From: Ginglymostoma cirratum
Taxonomy: Eukaryota
Length of the DNA stretch: 64,000 nucleotides
Reading direction: 5' to 3'
Assembly: GCA_024137785.1 (NCBI GenBank)
Contig: JAHRHZ010000069.1
Coordinates: 22,280,750 to 22,344,749, forward strand
The notes under the pieces are model-generated. The model saw only the letters and a list, made by a program, of their open reading frames with translations, was not told the DNA's origin and did not search any database. The position numbers were made by a program, and so were the translations under genes. Positions within the stretch are counted from its first letter, which is position 1. Every line of letters starts with the position of its first letter. Shown here one piece after another: positions 55,955 to 64,000 of this stretch.

Positions 55955-57320
55955 AAAATCATAGAATCATACAGCATAGAAAAAGCCATTCAACCCATCA
56001 AGTCTGCACCAACAAAAAATACTCTAAATGTACACTAGTCTCACTTTCCAACACCTAGCTCATAGCTATAAATATTATGATGTTTCAAGACTCAGCCAAG
56101 TACTTTTCAAAGGTTGAGAGATTCCCACCTCAACTATCCTCCAGATTCCCACCAAGATCTGGGGGGGGGCGGGGGAAATGTCCTCACACCCCCTCTAAAC
56201 CTCCTGCCTTTCACCTTGAAATGTTGCTCCCTTGCTCCCCTTCAACTAAGGGGAACAGGTGCTTCCTAACCACATTGTGCATGCGCGTCATAACCTTATA
56301 CACTTCAGTCAGGTCTCCCCTTGGCCTTCTCTGCTCTAAAGAAAACAGCCTGAGTTTATCCAGCCTCTCCTCACAGCTAAACCACTCCATCCCAGGCAAC
56401 AACCTGGTGAATCTCCTCTGCACCACCTCCAGCACAGTCATATCCTTCCTATAGTGCAGTGACGAGGACTGTACATAGTACTGCAGCTGTGGTGTAACCA
56501 AAATTTTGTACTGCCGCAAGATAACCTTCCTGCTGTTATAGTCAGTCTCATAACTGATATAGGCAAATGTCCCATTTGCCTTCTTAACCACCCTATTTAA
56601 CCTGTCCTGCTACATTCAGGGATCTATGGACAAGTGCCCCAAGATCCTGTTCCTGTGTCTCCTAACATTCATTGAGAATTCCCTTGTGCTGTTACTTTTT
56701 CCAAAGTCCATCACCTCACATTTATCATATTAAATTCTATCTGTACATCGGATCAATCTGTCTTCATCTTGCAACCTTGGATCTTCTTCCTCACCGGCAA
56801 CCACCTAGCCAGTCTTTGTGCCAATCATAAACATATTTTTCAACCCATGACCCTCCCCCTGCAACATTTTCTATTGTGTGTGTGTACATTATATATTGTA
56901 TATGCACACATATAATCATTATCAATGAGGGATTCAGCACCGATTGCTGCGGTGCACCACTTGACACTGGCCTCCAGTCACCCAGAGATTTCTACCGCCA
57001 CCTTCTGTATACCTTCCACCGAGCTAGTTTTGGATCCAGCTAGCCATGTTACACTGGATCCGCTGTGCTTTCACCTTCTTAACCAGCTCCACATGGAAGA
57101 CTTTGTTGAAGGCTTTTCTGAAATCAATACAAACTTCACCAACTAAATTCCCATCATCTACACGTTATCTCAAAAAGAAACATCAAATTTGTTGGGCATG
57201 ACCTCTCTGAAAAGCCAGGCTGACTATCCCTAATCAAACCTTTCCTCTCCAAGTGCAGATTAATCCTCTCTTTTAGAATTTTTTGCCAGTAGTTTCCTTA
57301 CTGCTGATTGTGAGACTCAC
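55955..57320 (-). mobile_element. CR1 LINE remnant
   Basis: Minus ORF KKANGTFAYI...LEVVQRRFTRLLPGM...RGDLTEVYK; atcatagaatcata tail. Confidence 0.85.
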
Positions 57321-58089
57321 TGGAAGATTTTGGATAATTTCCAAATACTACATCATTTAACAATAAATGTAACATGGGCAATCTGTGACAAGTCATATCA
57401 AAACTCCAAAACATGGTAACTAAACCAACTGTGGCATATTTTACTTTAGTGATGCAGATCGATGGCAATGTGGAATTCCATGTTATTTCAATATACTTCC
57501 CAAATGTTTTCTTACTGTCATTGCTACTTTGCAGAGTTTGGAAGAGTGGCCATACACAGTACCTGTAGTTAAAAGTGAGTTTTCCCCTTGTATGGAATTA
57601 TTGTGAAAATCAAGAATCCAACATATAAATGACATTAATTTCGTTCAGAGGGATTTATTTTCTTATTCAGTTCTTTGTTGTAGTTGGGTGACCCTCCCCA
57701 CACTGGAGGTTTTGGGAGCAGGGACCCTTTATTCTGGGCAATAGCAACAGCATTGGGTTAGGCCAGTTTGCTGCTTTGTATCCTGCAAGCTTATGTTATT
57801 ACCACAATAGGCAATGTTAACACCATATAGCAACTACACAGTCAGACAAAATCCATGCTAAAGTGCAAGATTCTATAGAAACTACATCCACACTGATTAA
57901 GGTACAGATGTGCCTGAGGTTATTTCTCTAATATCAGGCCATGATTCACCCAATAATGTTACCATCATCCTGTTACGTGCACATTCTGTGATTAATTGCA
58001 CCTAGTTATTCATTTAACTGATGTATCCTTATCTCCTATAATTAAGCTAATTATGTAGACAGATGCCTGCAGTGAAATGAGGTCACAGA

Positions 58090-58756
58090 GCGGCAGAACC
58101 ATTACAAGTTTATAGCACACAAACAGGCCATTTAGCCCAGGACATCAGTGCTGCTTTTTATATTCCACGTGTACCTCCTCCCACCTTATTTCATCCCACC
58201 ATCTCAAATACCCTATTCCTTTTTCCCCCGTGTACATAAATAGTACAATTCAAGAAAAGGCCCTTCGGCCCACCATGTCTGTACCAACTATGACACCATT
58301 CTAAACCCATCTGTCTGCGCATGATCCATATTCCCAGATTCCTTGCCTGTTCAGGTCTGTCTAAATGCCTCTTAAACATTGCTATCATAATCTACTTCTA
58401 ACATCTCTCCTGGCAATGCATTCCAGAAAAGGCCACCCTCTGCATAAAAAATCTAGCCTCGCATGGTTTCCTTTAAACTCTCCCCCTCTCACCTTAAACT
58501 TATGCCCCCTAGTATTTGACATTTCCAACTTGGGAAAGAGAATCTGACTATCCATCCTATCCACGCTTCTCATAATTGCATATAGTTCTATCAAGACACC
58601 CCCTCAGTCTCTGATTCTCTTGTGAAAACAACCGAAGTCTGTTGAACTTCTCCTTATAGCTAATATGCTCCAATCCAGGCAACATCCTGGTAAATCTCTT
58701 GCTGCACCCTCTTCAAAGCCTCCTTCCTATAGTGTGATGACCAGAACTGCACATAA
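58090..58756 (-). mobile_element. CR1 LINE 3' remnants
   Basis: IELYAIMRSVDRMDSQILFP...NTRGHKFKVRG. Confidence 0.8.
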
Positions 58757-58860
58757 TGTTCTCACCTAAGTTTCCCTTAAATGTTTCTACGAGAAGTTGG
58801 ATTCTCAAACCTTGGTATGTTGGGCAGAATACACTGATTGGCTACAGGGCAAGAAGTACC

Positions 58861-58973
58861 TTGTATATTGGGCTTGTGTATCTATGGTACTGTGGCTTGT
58901 ATGTTGGGCTTGTGTATCTATGGTACTGTGGCTTGTATATTGGGCTTGTGTATCTATGGTACTGTGGCTTGTA
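58861..58973. repeat. Minisatellite, 36-bp unit x3.1
   Basis: ttgtatRttgggcttgtgtatctatggtactgtggc head-to-tail with one mismatch and no spacers. Confidence 0.95.
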
Positions 58974-61103
58974 AATAAACTGTTGGTTTCTCCATTATTT
59001 GAAAATACCACTCTATTGCCAGTTCTGAGGATGATAGTATTGTGACATGAAAAACAAAATCACCTGAAAATTCTTAGGATATGCAGAGAAAATTGGGGAG
59101 AATGAGAGAGAGAAACACAAACTACACAAATGGAAGATGTAGCAGCACAAACTAGGGGAGAGTGAGGGGTAAAAAAGACAATTAGGAAAGGGAGAGATTT
59201 TAAAAAAATGCGAGAGTGCAACGCATGCATATACTTAAAAGGAGAGGGAAAGAAGGAGGAACACAAACTAGAGTGGGAAAGAGAGACAACTTTGGATGAG
59301 GCCCTTTCATGCTATGTTGCGTGTTGTGTTTCATTATGAGATTCAGGCAACTTTAGTGCTGTGGAAGACAATGAGTTCTATTATTTTTGGTTTTATTTAT
59401 TATTTTTATGTCTTGCTGCATTACAAAATGTCATAAAATTGTAAGAAAACTGAATCCAGATGTTGTGTCAGTGTTTTGATTGTGTCTGTAGCTGGTTGAT
59501 GTTGCTCATTGCTGTCGATATTCCCCAAACATAACAGAAATAGTGAACATGGGGGTGCGAATTTTAGGCCTTAGTCTATTCAATGTCGCTGGGCATGTTT
59601 GTGCTGTTGGACCATGAGGCACATTGCTGCTGTATCTTTGGTGATTTTCTGAAGGCTGGATTTGTAGTGGTGACATTGGTCATGTACAAGCTGTGGGTAA
59701 CCACTTAAGCGTGTTGTAGATCTGCTAAGGCTTATAGTCAGAGGCTGGCTAGAATTTTGCATTTGGTTTCCAGGCGCCCAGAGGCATTAAGACGCAGGGC
59801 AGCTACCTAGAGATGGCCTTAAAGACTTGAGACCAGAATTCCTGGCAGGCTTTGATGCCCTTTTTGCACGTTTTCATCTGCAGCCACAAGCTAACCTGTT
59901 TGAGGATTCTGTCCATCATCATTGCCAAGCTGCTGAGGGTATTTTCACATCAAAGCTTAAAATATTGGAGGTTGCCTGTACCTTGGAGTGATCATTTATC
60001 TCAAAAAGACATGTTGTTTCTTCAGTGTCAGACAGTCTCCTATTGGCCCTCCAGCTTTGAGACCCCAAGAATGGTGAGCCTACCTTTTTGTCAATAATTG
60101 GCTAATTCATGGAAAATTAAAGTTGGTGAGTTTTTCTCACATACTGTGGACTTCTGACTGTTATTTGACTCAGGCATTATGATTCTGAAGCCCATGGAGA
60201 AAATTTTGTCCTGGATATATTCCCTGGAGTTTAGATGAATGGGAGAGGTGATCTTAATGAATAATACGAAATCCTAAAGGAATTTGACTGAATAGATCCA
60301 GGGATCCTCTAGCAAGGGAGTCTGGTCTTATTGACTCAGAGTCAGCATGAAGGAGGACTGAGAGAAATTTGTTCGGACAGTCATACAGCACAGAAACAGA
60401 CCCTTTGGTCCAAATAGTCCACACTGACTATAATCCCAGACTAAACTAGTCCGACCTGGCTGCACTTGTCCCATATCCCTCCAAACATTTGTTTTTCATG
60501 AACTTATCTAAATGTCTTTTAAACATTGTAACTGTATCTGCATCTTCCTCTGGAAGTTCATTCCACAAACGAACCACTTTGTGTAAAATAAGTTGCCCAT
60601 CATGTCCTTTTTAAATCTTTGTTTTTCCTTCTTAAAAATATGCCACATCATCTTGAAATCCCCCACCCCAGGGAAAGACATCTGCCATTCACCTTATGTA
60701 CATCCCTCATAATTTTATAAACCTCTGAGTCCACCCCTCAACCTCCTACACTCCTGTGGAAAAAGTCCCATCCTATCCAACCTCCCATAACTCAAACCCT
60801 CCATTCCTAGCAACATCCTGGTAAATCTCTTTGAATCCTCTCCAGCTTAATAATATCCTTCCTGTAACAGGGCAACCAGAACTGAACACAGTACTCCAGA
60901 AGAAACTTCATCAAAGTCCTGTACAACCTCAATATGATGTCCCAATCCTATAGTCAAAAGTCTGAGCAATGAAGGCAAGCGTGCTAAATGTACTCTTACT
61001 CACCCTATCTATATATGATGCAAACTTCAAGGAATTATGTACCTGAACCCCTAGGTGTCTCTGTCCTACAACACTACCCAAGGCCCTACTTTTAATTGCC
61101 CTT

Positions 61104-61207
61104 CTGATGAAGGGTCTAGGCCCAAAACGTCAAGCTTTCCTGCTCCTAAGATGCTGCTTGACCTGCTGTGTTCATCCAGCTCTACACCTTGTTATCCCCT
61201 ATTATCT
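61104..61207 (+). mobile_element. PLE-derived hammerhead-bearing insertion (G12A) nested in a CR1
   Basis: Perfect 15-bp TSD cttttaattgccctt at 61089-61103 and 61208-61222. The insert begins at CTGATGA. Confidence 0.82.
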
Positions 61208-61949
61208 CTTTTAATTGCCCTTGTTTGTTTCACCAAAATGCAATACCTCACTTTTATCCAAATTAATCTCCATCTACCATTCCTTGGCCCATTGACCCAG
61301 TTGATCAAGATTTCTTTGTAACCTTAGATATCCTTCTTCAGTGTCCACAATACCACCAGTCTTGGTGTCATCTGCAACTTGCTAACTATGTCTTCTATAT
61401 TCTCATCCATATCATTTATTTAAATGGCAAACAAAAGTGGATCCAGTAGCAAACCCTGTGGATTGCTGGTCACAGGCCTCCAGTCTGAAAAACATCCCTC
61501 CACCATCACACTCTGTTTCTTGATGTTAAGCCAATTTTGCATCCAATTGGCAAGCTCATGTTTAATCCCATGCGATCTAACTTTATTAATCAGTCTGCCA
61601 CGTGGAAACTTGTCAAAGGCTTTACTAAAGTCCAAGTAAACAATGTCTACTGTGCCACCCTCATCGAATGTCTTGGTTGCTTCCTCAAAAAACTCAATCA
61701 GGTTTGTGAGACATGATTTTCTTTGCACAAAACCATGCTGTCTATCCTTAATCATTCCTCACCTTTCCAAATGCATGTAAATCCTATCTTTCAGAATCAC
61801 TTGCAGCAAATTACCCACCACTGATGTCAGACTCACAGGTCGATAGTTCCAAGGTTTCGCCTTACATTCCTTCATAAACAAAGGCACAACATTAGCCACT
61901 CTCCAAACATTCAGCACCTCACTAGCAGTAAAAGATGATACAAATATTT

Positions 61950-62341
61950 ATAAGGTCTTAGTGAAAATTTGTAGCTCGTGTTGTGGATGCAGTTGTCCCA
62001 GTCGAACTGATGGCCCTCATTGTCTGTGTTTATCGAGACAAGTGAATATTGGTCATGTCTTTTTACTGCCAGCTGGGGTTCGTATCAGGGCCATCAGTTC
62101 GACTGGGACAAAGTGACTATACTGGGACAAGCGAACAGCAGACATGCAAGGGAATTTCTGGAAGCCTGGTTCTCAATACAGGAAGTGACAAGACCCACAA
62201 CACCAGAGGATCATACAAATTCAGAATGGAGCAGAACACCAATGCTTTGATTAGAGGTTGCACCGATGATGTCACCTGGAAGGGTAATGAAACGTCTGCA
62301 CACCACAGAACAACCAGTTTGGTGAGCAAACAAACAACTGT
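61950..62341 (+). mobile_element. Second PLE family (Penelope/Poseidon-like) 3' fragment nested in CR1
   Basis: ORF remnant GHQFDWDKVTILGQANSRHAREFLEAWFS resembles the PLE endonuclease C-terminus. 15-bp TSD atgatacaaWtattt at 61935-61949 and 62342-62356. Confidence 0.75.
62259..62300 (+). ncRNA. Degenerate minimal hammerhead motif (U4C)
   Basis: ugca-CcGAUGA-u-gucacc uggaag gguaau-GAAAC-GUC-ugca. Stem I is ugca/ugca; core and stem II carry mutations. Confidence 0.55.
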
Positions 62342-62979
62342 ATGATACAATTATTTCTGCAAGGGGCCCTGCAACTTCCTCCCTAACTTCCCAATAACTT
62401 CCCACTACATCCTGTGATATCCTGGATCAGTTCCTAGAGATTTATCCATCTTCACATTTTCTAAGACCTCCTGCACTTCCTCTTCTGTGACGTGAGCTAT
62501 CTTCGAAACATCAGTATTTATTTCCTTGAGTTTGTTAGCCTCCAGTTCTTCCTCCATTGTAAAAATTGACCTAAAATATTAATTTACCATCTCTCCCATC
62601 TCCTGAGGTTCGACACAAAGATGACCTCGTGTATCTTTAAGGGGACCTATTTTCTCTCTAGTTGCTCTCTTAATGTACTTATAGAATCTCTTTTTGGATT
62701 ATCCTTACCCTTATTTGCCAAGGCTATCTCATATCCTCCCTTTGCCTTCCTGATCTCCCTCTTCAGAATATCCTTACCCTCTTTATACTGGTCAAATGAT
62801 TCATTTGAACCCAGTTGTCTCTATCTAATATATAATTCCGTTTTACGCTTGTTCATTCAAAGGGTTAGAAGTTTTTAGAATTCTTCCACCAGAGAACGGT
62901 GGGGATATTCAATCATTGAAGACAGACTACTCGAAATTTAGGTACTAATGAAACCATATGGATATTGCAGGAATGTTAA

Positions 62980-63970
62980 GGTGAGCATCTTTTGCCCTCC
63001 TGAATTACCCTTGTGGAAATGTCAAAGAGTTATCTTCTTAGACTGCTGCTGGCCATGTAGTGTATAGTACCCACACAGTTATTAGGAAATTCCAGTTTTA
63101 TGGCCCAGCAGTAGTAATGGAACAACAAAATATTTACAAGTCAGGATGGTATGTGATTAGAGCAGAATGTGCACATGATGGTGTTTTCATGCATCAGCTG
63201 GCCTTGTCCTTCTAGATTGTTTGTTTATTGTTTGCTACTGAAAGAGCCTTGGTGAGCTGCTGCTGTTCCTCTTGGAGATAATATACAATGTGCTGGGTGC
63301 AGGAATTCATGTTTAAGGCAATGAATGTGGTGCCAGGCAGGCCGCACTGTGTTGGATAAGAGTTTCTTGAGTAATGTTGCAATTGCACTCATCAAGACAA
63401 ATGGATGATATTCTACCACATCCTTGATTCATACCATGAACATGTTGGAAAGCTTTGTGGAATTCAGAATTGGGTTACTCACCTCTGACATATTTGTGCA
63501 GTGACAGTGTATATACGGCAGGTCTGGTCAAGTTTCTGGTCAATGGTGACCCCAAAAGCTGATGATGGTGTGAGATCCAGTAATGATAATGTCTGTTGAA
63601 ATCAATTGGAGGTGGTTAGATTCTTGCTTGTTGGAGATTGTGCCACAAATGTGCCAGGCAACAACAATGTTACTTACTATTTATTAGTACAAGCCTGAAT
63701 GTTCTCCACGTTTTGCTGCACATGGACACAGATTGTTTCATTATCTGAGCAGTTGTGAATACAGCTGAAACACTGAGAAACCTCAATAAACCTCCCTGTA
63801 TAGCCTGCTGATGAAGGGAAGCTGATTAATGAAGCAGCCAGCTGAAGATGCTGGGCCTAAGACGCTCCCTTCAAAAACTCCCGCAGCAATGTCCTATATC
63901 TTGTTTATACCACACTCTTTCAAACTGTACCGTTGACACTAAGGCAATCATTCTCAAACTCATCTCTTTC
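62980..63970 (-). mobile_element. Old non-LTR retrotransposon remnant (CR1/L2 group)
   Basis: Reverse of 63810-63885 resembles GV.QGSVLGP.IFS.FINDLP. Confidence 0.5.
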
Positions 63971-64000
63971 TTTCCATATTTATACCAGATCTGTAATGAA

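Larger units (their letters stand above)
60376..62850 (-). mobile_element. CR1 LINE remnant hosting two PLE insertions
   Basis: QHGFVQRKSCLTNLIEFFEE...DIVYLDFSKAFDK RT motifs; same subfamily type as 37660-39466. Confidence 0.9.

Noticed and set aside
58861-58973. 36-bp repeats as a CRISPR array
   Set aside because: Units are directly adjacent with no spacers, there are no cas genes, and the context is vertebrate.
63808-63840. CTGATGA as another hammerhead
   Set aside because: No stem II or GAAA-NUH follows; it lies in an antisense LINE RT remnant. The same lack applies to CTGATGA hits near 25658, 31765 and 39984.

Overview
Vertebrate genomic DNA, most likely elasmobranch (shark-type HE1 V-SINEs, SacSINE/DeuSINE, CR1, L2 and Penelope-like repeats). 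The + strand carries the 3' half of MAGI1 (membrane-associated guanylate kinase inverted 1). Ten internal coding exons run from the PDZ2-PDZ3 linker through PDZ3, PDZ4 and PDZ5, all with GT-AG boundaries and compatible phases. All three C-terminal forms known from mammals can be reconstructed: A (16-aa read-through into the intron), B (89-nt frameshifting cassette exon) and C (long RSPE-rich tail ending ECSTDLSI). B and C read the first 57 nt of the last exon in different frames. The introns and 3' flank hold several short Penelope-like (PLE) insertions with target-site duplications (TSDs). These carry minimal type I hammerhead ribozyme motifs (CUGANGA-stem II-GAAAC-GUH); one copy is intact and in sense orientation within the MAGI1 pre-mRNA, and several 5' ends or inversion junctions fall at the ribozyme CUGA. 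Mammalian MAGI1 sequences and repeat-family identities are recalled from memory, not searched.
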